Assembly: GCA_038882655.1 (NCBI GenBank) | Contig: JAVZNT010000006.1 | Location: forward strand, 1 to 42,179 | Length of the DNA: 42,179 nucleotides | Reading direction: 5' to 3' | Source of the DNA: Candidatus Bathyarchaeia archaeon | GTDB taxonomy: Archaea > Thermoproteota > Bathyarchaeia > Bathyarchaeales > Bathycorpusculaceae | In this document: positions 34,901-42,179 of the stretch, piece by piece | Position numbering within the stretch: the stretch's first letter is position 1 | Layout of the letters: the number at the start of each line of letters is the position of its first letter | Translations under genes and position numbers: made by a program | The notes under the pieces: model-generated | Database searches by the model: none | What the model was told of the DNA's origin: nothing | What the model saw: only the letters and a program-made list of their open reading frames with translations

Positions 34901-36235
34901 ATGGCTTTAGAAAGGCTTGGCACTTCACTTCATGAGGCTTTAAGGAAGCTTTTCAGAGCCGCTGTTGTCGATGAGGCTGCCGTTAAGGAACTTGTGAGGG
35001 ACGTGCAGCGGGCGCTTCTGCAAGCGGACGTGAACGTTCAACTCGTCTTAGACATTTCTAAGCGCATAGAGGAAAGAGCCCTCAAAGAGAAGGTTCCGCC
35101 TGGAATTTCGCGTCGCGAGCACGTGATTAAAGTTGTTTATGAAGAGTTGACACGCTTTCTAGGTGAAAAGCCGGTTCCATTAAAGGTTGAGCCTGGTAAA
35201 AAGAAGGTATTGATGCTTGTGGGCATTCAAGGCTCTGGGAAGACCACCGCTGCGGCTAAGCTTGCAAGATATTTTCAGAAAAGGGGCTTGAAACCCGCTT
35301 TGATATGTGCTGACACCTACCGCCCAGGCGCCTTTGACCAGCTTCAGCAACTTGCCAACAGAATAAATGTGCCAATTTACGGCGACCCAAAAGCCAAAGA
35401 CCCAGCCAAAATTGCGTTTGAGGGGCTGAAGCAGTTCAGCGACAAGGACATAATCATAGTTGACACGGCTGGACGCCACAAAGAAGAACGCGAACTTATC
35501 AAAGAAATGAAGATGCTTGAGGAGAAAATCAAGCCGGATGAGGTTATGCTTGTCATCGATGGAACCATTGGACAACAAGCTCTTGTGCAAGCCAAAGCCT
35601 TTAACGAAGCAACATCTATAGGCTCTATACTTGTGACAAAGCTTGACGGCTCAGCTAGAGGCGGAGGCGCCTTGTCCGCTGTTGTGGCTACTGGTGCGCC
35701 AATAAAGTTCATAAGCGCCGGTGAAAAGGTTGAGGACATCGAGCCCTTTGTTCCATCCCGATTTGTGGGCAGACTCTTAGGTATGGGCGATCTGGAAACT
35801 CTCATTGAGAAGGTTCGAGAAGCCGAAATCAAAGTTCCGGAAAAGAAGGCTAAGGCTATTTTAAGCGGCAAGTTCACGTTGACAGACATGTACGAACAAT
35901 TTGAAGCCATGAAGGGCATGGGGCCTTTCCGAAAACTCTTGAAGATGTTACCCGGCATGTCTTACGATGTGCCTGAAGAAATGCTTGACATAGCTGAGGG
36001 CAAGCTGGAAAAGTGGCGGGTTATAATCCAATCGATGACTCCGGCGGAGCGGGAGAACCCCAAAATGTTTAACGCTTCAAGGATTAGGCGTGTTGCGCGG
36101 GGCTCCGGAACCAGCGAAAAAGATGTGAAAGAACTTTTGAAACAGTATGTTCTCATGCGGAAAATGCTGAAAACATTGAGAAGGAAGAAGAGGCTTCCCT
36201 TCTTTGGGAAGGGGCTGCCTGTTGACGTAGGCTAA
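34901..36235 (+). CDS. srp54: Signal recognition particle protein SRP54
   Basis: LLQADV, GIQGSGKTT, DTAGR, TKLDG, LLGMGD and M-domain SRIRRVARGSG motifs. Confidence 0.98.
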   Translation: MALERLGTSLHEALRKLFRAAVVDEAAVKELVRDVQRALLQADVNVQLVLDISKRIEERALKEKVPPGISRREHVIKVVYEELTRFLGEKPVPLKVEPGKKKVLMLVGIQGSGKTTAAAKLARYFQKRGLKPALICADTYRPGAFDQLQQLANRINVPIYGDPKAKDPAKIAFEGLKQFSDKDIIIVDTAGRHKEERELIKEMKMLEEKIKPDEVMLVIDGTIGQQALVQAKAFNEATSIGSILVTKLDGSARGGGALSAVVATGAPIKFISAGEKVEDIEPFVPSRFVGRLLGMGDLETLIEKVREAEIKVPEKKAKAILSGKFTLTDMYEQFEAMKGMGPFRKLLKMLPGMSYDVPEEMLDIAEGKLEKWRVIIQSMTPAERENPKMFNASRIRRVARGSGTSEKDVKELLKQYVLMRKMLKTLRRKKRLPFFGKGLPVDVG

Positions 36236-36273
36236 GGCTTATCGCAGAAATATACGCCTAAAAGGAGTCTTTT

Positions 36274-37611
36274 ATGGGCATACTGGAAAAAGCCCTGCGA
36301 ATGCTTGAAAAACATCCTTTATGCGATCACTGTTTAGGTAGGCAATTCGCTTTTCTGGGGCATGGAATGGAAAACGATGAAAGAGGAAAAGCCGTTAAAA
36401 ATGTCCTAGTGATGGAAGCCCAAACACTTGCCCGCATAAAAAGAGATGAAGGGATAAAGATTCTAAAAATCCTCGCAACAAATGGTTTCTGCAAGAAGGC
36501 TTTGGAAGCTCTCCGCAAAATGGGAAGGCGTATTTCCGAGAAAAAAGTGGCAGAAACATGTTTTCTATGCGAGAACAGTTTTGAAAACGTAGACGATTTG
36601 GCAAAAAAGGCTGTGAAGAAGTTACAGGAATACGAGTACAACAACTTTTTGGTAGGCATAGAACTCCCAGTAGCGGTTGAGGAACGCGAGGATGAGTTTA
36701 AGGCTCAATTTGATGTGGAATATGGCGAAAATATTAGGCTGGAATTTGGGAGAATTTTTGGCAAGAAAATCGCCACTTACAGCCAAAAACCAGTGGAACA
36801 TCGAAAACCGGATGTTGTTGTGCTCCTAAACCCTATGACCAGCGAAATAAGGGTCCAAGTTAACCCCCTCTACATTGCAGGACGTTACAAGAAACTTGTT
36901 AGGGGTTTACCGCAATCAAAATGGTTCTGCACCAACTGTCGCGGAAAAGGGTGTGAAAAGTGCAGCTGGACTGGGAAGAGATATCCGGAATCTATTGAGG
37001 AACTAATAGGCGAGCCCATTTTGAAGGAGACGGGTGGCACTAAAACGTTATTTCATGCCGCTGGAAGGGAAGATGTGGACGCTCGTATGCTTGGAAAGGG
37101 TAGACCCTTCGTTATAGAAATAGTACAGCCGAGGAAACGTTTCTTAGACCTTAAAGAAGTCGAAGAAGCCGTGAACGCTCATGCAAGAGGTAAAGTTGAG
37201 GTTTCAGAACTGCACTTTGTTGATAAAAACTTTGTGCGAAAGCTGAAAAAAGCGGAATCAGCGCAAAAGGAATACCGCGTTACTGTTGAGTTTGAAAGAG
37301 AAGTTGCGGACGCGGATTTAAGGCTGTTGAAAGAAAAACTTAGCGGCGTCGTCATTAAGCAGAGGACACCCTTACGTGTTTTGCACAGGCGAGCGGATTT
37401 AACTCGGGAAAAGTACATATATGAGGTTAAAGCTAAAAGATTGTCACCGAAAAGGGCTGAACTGAAGGTTCGATGTCAAGGAGGACTGTATGTAAAAGAA
37501 CTGGTGACAGGTGATGATGGAAGAACAACCCCCAGCGTTTCAGAAATTCTCGGATATAAAGCGAAGCCTATAAAACTTGATGTTTTAAAGGTGATTGTGA
37601 GGGAAGGTTGA
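36274..37611 (+). CDS. pus10: tRNA pseudouridine(54/55) synthase Pus10
   Basis: LCDHCLGRQF, GRYKK, GREDVDARMLG, QRTPLRV and GLYVKEL..GD.GRT motifs. Confidence 0.96.
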   Translation: MGILEKALRMLEKHPLCDHCLGRQFAFLGHGMENDERGKAVKNVLVMEAQTLARIKRDEGIKILKILATNGFCKKALEALRKMGRRISEKKVAETCFLCENSFENVDDLAKKAVKKLQEYEYNNFLVGIELPVAVEEREDEFKAQFDVEYGENIRLEFGRIFGKKIATYSQKPVEHRKPDVVVLLNPMTSEIRVQVNPLYIAGRYKKLVRGLPQSKWFCTNCRGKGCEKCSWTGKRYPESIEELIGEPILKETGGTKTLFHAAGREDVDARMLGKGRPFVIEIVQPRKRFLDLKEVEEAVNAHARGKVEVSELHFVDKNFVRKLKKAESAQKEYRVTVEFEREVADADLRLLKEKLSGVVIKQRTPLRVLHRRADLTREKYIYEVKAKRLSPKRAELKVRCQGGLYVKELVTGDDGRTTPSVSEILGYKAKPIKLDVLKVIVREG

Positions 37612-37614
37612 AAA

Positions 37615-37911
37615 TTGAGGAAGTCAAAGGGGTATCGGTCAAAAACGCGGCGTCTCCTTAGGAAAAGCCCTAGAGAAAAAGGTAAAATGCAACTAAGTAA
37701 ACTGCTTCACGAATACCAGCCCGGAAACAGTGTGGTCATAAAAATCGATCCAAGCGTTCAGAAGGGCATGCCTCATAGACGTTATCACGGGAAAGTCGGC
37801 AAGATTGTGGGTGTACGTGGAAAAAGCTACATCGTAAGCGTTACACAAGGCGACGCTTTCAAGGAAATCATTGTTAGTCCGGAGCATTTGGAGCCCTATA
37901 AGGGTGGTTGA
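37615..37911 (+). CDS. rpl21e: 50S ribosomal protein L21e
   Basis: SKGYRSKTR, KGMPHRRYHGK and PEHL motifs. Confidence 0.97.
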   Translation: MRKSKGYRSKTRRLLRKSPREKGKMQLSKLLHEYQPGNSVVIKIDPSVQKGMPHRRYHGKVGKIVGVRGKSYIVSVTQGDAFKEIIVSPEHLEPYKGG

Positions 37912-37912
37912 A

Positions 37913-38260
37913 ATGTTGGAAAAGGCTGAGACCGAAAAGATTAAGGAGAAAAGCCTCGCAATTCCGCAGGTTAAGAAGCTGCTTGAAGGGTTTGGCGAGG
38001 AAAAGTTGGATCAATTCCAGAGGCGTGTTCTTGATTATGCATCCAAGTTTTCGAAAGTTGACTTCAAGACTGCTGAGATGCTTGTGGAAAAGCTTGTTAA
38101 AGATTTCGGTTTAGAAGAAGCCGAGGCTGTTCAAATAGTTAATTGTATGCCCAGCACTGTCGAAGAGCTTAGGGTCTTTCTTGGAGGCGGTCGCAAGATT
38201 ATTGAAGCCTCTAAATTGGAAGCTATGGTTAAACTTTTAAACGAACATAGATTGAAATAA
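37913..38260 (+). CDS. rpo4: RNA polymerase subunit Rpo4 (RpoF)
   Basis: FQRRVLDYASKFSK and AVQIVNCMPSTVEELR; conserved position after rpl21e. Confidence 0.93.
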   Translation: MLEKAETEKIKEKSLAIPQVKKLLEGFGEEKLDQFQRRVLDYASKFSKVDFKTAEMLVEKLVKDFGLEEAEAVQIVNCMPSTVEELRVFLGGGRKIIEASKLEAMVKLLNEHRLK

Positions 38261-38307
38261 CTCTTCAAACCGTATTTTAAAATGTAAGGAGTTTAAAAGG
38301 GGATACA

Positions 38308-38880
38308 ATGGAGAAGGAGAAACGCTACGAAGAGTACGCCTACGTCCTAGACTTTCTACCCCACGGGCGCCCCGGGGTTCGAATAACTGGAAGGGCTGGT
38401 TACAGAGCTGGAGCCCTAGTTCAGCTTGTAGGCGAAGAATTTTTCACGCTTCTGGAGGCTCTAGTTAAGGAAGGTGTCACTCTAAAGCCTCATGACCGCG
38501 TTTATGTGGGGAAGGAGGCTCGTGAAGAGATAACCTACATCATTGGGCGGATAGGCTATGACGAGTTGACTTCCGCCGCAAAGATGGAGCTTCCAACGGT
38601 TGTTAGCCGCATAGTCCTTAACCGAGAAAAATGGTTCGTCAACTTCTTCAACGCAGCGCAAGCTATAACCCCTAGGATGCACGCATTAGAGCTTATTCCT
38701 GGTATAGGTAAAAAATATATGTGGCAAGTTATAAACGAACGGGAAAAGAAGCCCTTCGAAAGTTTTGAAGATTTACAGAAGCGAACAGAAATCCCTAACC
38801 CCGTTAAGCTCCTCACAAAGAGGATTTTAGAGGAGTTGGTTGGCGAAAGCAAGTATAGACTTTTCACAAGAGCCCGTTAA
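38308..38880 (+). CDS. DUF655 family putative RNA-binding protein
   Basis: EEYAYVLDF, FFTLLE, ITPRMHALELIPGIGKK and PFESFED motifs. Confidence 0.93.
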   Translation: MEKEKRYEEYAYVLDFLPHGRPGVRITGRAGYRAGALVQLVGEEFFTLLEALVKEGVTLKPHDRVYVGKEAREEITYIIGRIGYDELTSAAKMELPTVVSRIVLNREKWFVNFFNAAQAITPRMHALELIPGIGKKYMWQVINEREKKPFESFEDLQKRTEIPNPVKLLTKRILEELVGESKYRLFTRAR

Positions 38881-38901
38881 ACGTGGCTGGTAAACGCTCT
38901 T

Positions 38902-39720
38902 ATGAGCCTAATTGAAGAAGCGAAGCTCCTCCTTCGAAAACATCGAATTTTTCCGAAAAAGCGCCTCGGGCAACACTTTATGGTTGAGCCATTGATTTTT
39001 CAACTTCTAGCAGATTATGTCTCGCTTTGCCAAAACGACATCGTTTTGGATGTTGGCGCTGGCCTGGGTTTTCTAACACGCTTTTTGGCCGAAAGGTGTG
39101 GAAGGGTTTTGGCTGTTGAGTTGGATAATAGGCTGGTTAAGGTTTTGCGTGAACAACTTAAAGGCTTGCCAAACGTTAAAGTCATCGAGGGCGACGTGCT
39201 AAAAATATCACTTCAAGAGTTTAACAAGGTTGTTTCCATACCGCCCTACGGTATCTCTTCGACTTTAGTCCAGTGGCTTTTCAGCAAAAAGCTCGACTGT
39301 GCAGTGATGATTTTTCAAAAAGAGTTTGCTAAACGCCTTGTGGCATCTATTGGAAACGACGACTATTGCTGGTTAACGGTTCTGGCATATTACCATTTTG
39401 GCGTTGAGCTTTTGGACGATGTGCCGGAGAGCTTTTTCTATCCACAGCCAGAAATAGACTCCGTAATTGTCCGTCTTAAACCGAAGTCGCAACCGCCTTT
39501 TAGGCTGAGGGATGAAGCCCTTTTTACAAGGCTTGTGCAAGCCCTTTTTACACAACGTAATAGAAAAGTTAGAAACGCCATCAAACCCTTCATGATGAAA
39601 GAGCGCAAGGTTTCAGAAGAGGCAACCAAAGTGGCTGACTCTCTCCCCTTCCATGATAGGCGTGTGCGGGAACTGGCACCAGAAGACTTTGGTGAACTTG
39701 CAAATGCCCTCGCCAACTAA
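38902..39720 (+). CDS. rsmA: 16S rRNA adenine dimethyltransferase KsgA/Dim1
   Basis: KKRLGQHF, DVGAGLG, AVELD, QKEFA.RL, F.PQP.IDS and RVREL motifs. Motif IV reads SIPPY. Confidence 0.93.
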   Translation: MSLIEEAKLLLRKHRIFPKKRLGQHFMVEPLIFQLLADYVSLCQNDIVLDVGAGLGFLTRFLAERCGRVLAVELDNRLVKVLREQLKGLPNVKVIEGDVLKISLQEFNKVVSIPPYGISSTLVQWLFSKKLDCAVMIFQKEFAKRLVASIGNDDYCWLTVLAYYHFGVELLDDVPESFFYPQPEIDSVIVRLKPKSQPPFRLRDEALFTRLVQALFTQRNRKVRNAIKPFMMKERKVSEEATKVADSLPFHDRRVRELAPEDFGELANALAN

Positions 39721-40327
39721 ACGAGTGTTTTTCGACAGTTATTTTTTCGATGTTTGGCAAGACGTTTACGAACCAGCAGAAGACTCCTTCCTATTCGCGG
39801 AAAACCTAACGGTGCTGGAAGGCGAAAGAGTCCTTGACATGGGTACAGGATGCGGCATCCTCGGCATAATCGCTGCAAAAAAAGCCTTGCAAGTGGTTGC
39901 CATAGACATAAACCCGGCGGCCGTGCGATGCGCTAAAGAAAACGCCAAACTAAATGGCGTCGCTGACACAATGCTCTTTATTCAAGGCGACTTGTTCACG
40001 CCACTGAAAGCAGAGGAAAAATTCGACTTAATCCTTTTTAACGCGCCCTATTTACCAACCGAACCTTTTGAGGGCAAAACTTTAATTGAACGTGCATGGG
40101 TTGGCGGAACAAGTGGCAGGACAATCCTAGACCGCTTCTTAGAAGGAATATCTGGACATGTTAAGGTTGAGGGTCGTGTTTTGTTAATGCAGTCCACACT
40201 TACAAATGTGAACAGAACCATGAAAATTTTAGAAGATGAAGGTTTCAAGGCAAAAATTGTTGCGAGTTTAGACCTTCCCTTCTTCGAAACAATAGTGCTC
40301 ATCGAAGCGAAGGCTAACTCTTCGTAA
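39704..40327 (+). CDS. HemK2/Mtq2-like protein methyltransferase
   Basis: VYEPAEDSFL, VLDMGTGCG, FNAPYLP, WVGG..GR and FFE motifs. Start reassigned to ATG 39704. Confidence 0.92.
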   Translation: MPSPTKRVFFDSYFFDVWQDVYEPAEDSFLFAENLTVLEGERVLDMGTGCGILGIIAAKKALQVVAIDINPAAVRCAKENAKLNGVADTMLFIQGDLFTPLKAEEKFDLILFNAPYLPTEPFEGKTLIERAWVGGTSGRTILDRFLEGISGHVKVEGRVLLMQSTLTNVNRTMKILEDEGFKAKIVASLDLPFFETIVLIEAKANSS

Positions 40328-41339
40328 CTTTAAGTTTTTCCAGCCTTGTGAACATTGCCTGTTTTTCATGTTCGCTTAGGAAGGAGGCTTGGAAAGAGTT
40401 TCTGGCAAGCTTGTATATCTGCTGGGCATTTAAGCCCAATGCCTTCTGCACTGCAATGTAGTTTTCATTTATGTAGCCTCCAAAATATGCTGGGTCATCA
40501 GAATTCACTGTTACGAGAAGTCCTTTGTCAAGCATCTTTTTCAGCGGATGCTCCTCCATGCTTCTTATGACACCTAACTTTAGGTTTGAAAGCGGGCAAA
40601 GCGTTAATGGGATCTTCTGCCTTGCCAGCTCTCTAACGAGATCTTCATCCTCGAGGGCATGGTTTCCATGGTCAATGCGGGAAACCTTCAGAAGGCTTAT
40701 TGCTTCCCAAACATATTCTGTGGGTCCCTCTTCGCCAGCATGGGCAACCGTCAAAAAGCCTTCCTCCATGGCTCTTTCAAAGACTTTTTGGAACTTTGAT
40801 GGTGGATTGCCAATTTCGGATGAATCAAGCCCGACAGCCACAATCCAGTCCTTGTAGGACAAAGCCTCTTCTAAAGTTTCGAAGGCTGAATCTACGCTTA
40901 AATCCCTTAAAAAACACATTATCAGTTTTGTTGAAACTTCAAGCCTTTTCTCCCCATCCCTGAGGGCCTTATAAATGCCCCTTATTACTGTGTCAAATTT
41001 TACGTCCCTTCTCATGTGAGCTTGGGGGTCAAAGAACACCTCAGCGTGTAAAACGTTTTGAGAGCGCGCTTTCTCCAGATATGCCCATGTTAAATCGTAA
41101 AAATCCTGCTCTTTTTGCAGAACCTTCACTCCTTCATAGTAGACATCTAAAAAATCTTGAAGGTTTCTAAAATTGTAGGCTGCCCTAGCCTCTTCAACGC
41201 TTCCATATTTTGGTTTAGCATCATTCCTTCTAGCAATCTCAATCATCATTTTAGGTTCAAGGGTTCCTTCAATGTGTAGGTGGAGCTCTGCCTTAGGGAT
41301 TTCCCTAATAAGCATCTCCAAGGAATTTTTGTCTCTCAT
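40314..41339 (-). CDS. Adenine/adenosine deaminase (amidohydrolase superfamily, bacterial type)
   Basis: PKAELHLHIEGTLEP, FFDPQ, GLDSSE, AHAGEEG, RIDHG, CPLSN and NSDDPAYFGG motifs. Confidence 0.95.
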   Translation of the reverse strand: MRDKNSLEMLIREIPKAELHLHIEGTLEPKMMIEIARRNDAKPKYGSVEEARAAYNFRNLQDFLDVYYEGVKVLQKEQDFYDLTWAYLEKARSQNVLHAEVFFDPQAHMRRDVKFDTVIRGIYKALRDGEKRLEVSTKLIMCFLRDLSVDSAFETLEEALSYKDWIVAVGLDSSEIGNPPSKFQKVFERAMEEGFLTVAHAGEEGPTEYVWEAISLLKVSRIDHGNHALEDEDLVRELARQKIPLTLCPLSNLKLGVIRSMEEHPLKKMLDKGLLVTVNSDDPAYFGGYINENYIAVQKALGLNAQQIYKLARNSFQASFLSEHEKQAMFTRLEKLKVTKS

Positions 41340-41449
41340 TTTTCATGTGATATAGCCTTTTCAACTGCTTTATAGGATTTTGTTGAAAAACTATATAACG
41401 TGAAGGCTTTACTATTGCTAGAAAACATCTCTCTGGGAGTGACCATTCC

Positions 41450-41971
41450 ATGTGTATCATTGGAAAGGACAAGTTGAAGGAGCTTATTGAAAATTATAAG
41501 TGCATATATCCCTACGACTACAACCTCCTCGACGGAGATAGCTATGTACTGACGGTTAAGGATGAGACAACATTGAATTATCTGGAGCACAAAAACCTGA
41601 TATCCTACGAGATAGTTTTCACGCCACCAAATTATGTGGCTCATTTGACAGCTAAAAGCAAGTATGGGCGGATGGGCTTATCCTTTCTCAACGCGGCGAA
41701 AGTTCACAGCGGCTTTGTGGGCAGGCTGGCGCTTGAGATCGTAAATTTGAGCAATGACCGTTGCCCAATAACCATTAAGCGGGGGGATCCCTTCATGCAC
41801 ATAGAATTCATAACAAGAGAAGGCGCGCCATCACCATACGTAGGCGAATACCAGTTCCAGTACCTAACAGACGAAGAAGTGAAAATGTATATTCCAATTT
41901 TAAAGCGGGTTTTTCTAAACTATGATGAATTGGCAAAAATATGGCTTAAAAATAGACCTGTATCCCCCTAG
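41450..41971 (+). CDS. Divergent dCTP deaminase / trimeric dUTPase-fold protein
   Basis: AKSKYGRMGL, GFVGRLALEIVN and PYVGEYQFQ match dCTP deaminase motifs. Confidence 0.82.
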   Translation: MCIIGKDKLKELIENYKCIYPYDYNLLDGDSYVLTVKDETTLNYLEHKNLISYEIVFTPPNYVAHLTAKSKYGRMGLSFLNAAKVHSGFVGRLALEIVNLSNDRCPITIKRGDPFMHIEFITREGAPSPYVGEYQFQYLTDEEVKMYIPILKRVFLNYDELAKIWLKNRPVSP

Positions 41972-42092
41972 TTTATATTCATAAGTCTTAAACTGGATTC
42001 AAAATTCATAATCTTAATCAAGTATTATGGCTTTATGCATGATTAACAAATTGCTTAAATACCGCCATTGTATATGCTGAAAGGGATGCACC

Positions 42093-42179
42093 ATGCGCGC
42101 GCGTAACTATCGAGAGGTTAAAGGGCAACCCTACACTAGGCGAGAGTTTGTTAAGGGTTTTCCCCAGCCGAAAATAACC
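42093..42179 (+). CDS. rpl10e: 50S ribosomal protein uL16 (L10e), 5' part, runs off the right edge
   Basis: Manual translation MRARNYREVKGQPYTRREFVKGFPQPKIT matches the archaeal L10e N-terminus (YR...YTR.E...G.P..KI). Confidence 0.9.
   Translation, partial: MRARNYREVKGQPYTRREFVKGFPQPKIT

Noticed and set aside
1760-40963. Numerous other 60-190 aa ORFs in the track nested in or antisense to identified genes
   Set aside because: They are fully overlapped by well-supported conserved genes and show no independent motifs.
41336-41644. 102-aa minus-strand ORF
   Set aside because: It overlaps the dCTP deaminase-like gene antisense and crosses the divergent promoter.
42085-42179. GC-rich right edge considered as a structured RNA (SRP or RNase P)
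   Set aside because: It translates cleanly as the uL16/L10e N-terminus.

Overview
Archaeal chromosomal segment, most likely TACK/Bathyarchaeia-like. This is inferred from PolD together with Elf1, short XPF, Alba, group II GGGPS and aIF5A. The window spans the replication origin: cdc6/orc1, three ORB elements, DP1 nearby and DP2 about 7 kb away. The rest is mostly housekeeping: intron-containing tRNA-Ser(CGA), udp, PhoU regulator, nadE plus nitrilase, glyA, a four-subunit 2-oxoacid:ferredoxin oxidoreductase, NAD kinase-nob1, XPD-like helicase, XPF, and the srp54-pus10-rpl21e-rpo4-DUF655-ksgA-hemK cluster. The ORF track misses several real features: a radical SAM gene at the left edge, Sec61beta, the start of uL16/L10e at the right edge, the tRNA, a C/D box guide sRNA and the true Nob1 N-terminus. 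The best candidate for an undescribed system sits directly beside oriC. It has three uncharacterised HTH-type genes, one encoding a membrane anchor + coiled coil + winged-helix protein. They are associated with a dense array of TGTGA/CATCACA heptad repeats, whose core also recurs inside the origin. This suggests, but does not prove, an origin-to-membrane tethering or segregation module. No CRISPR array, transposase or intein was seen.
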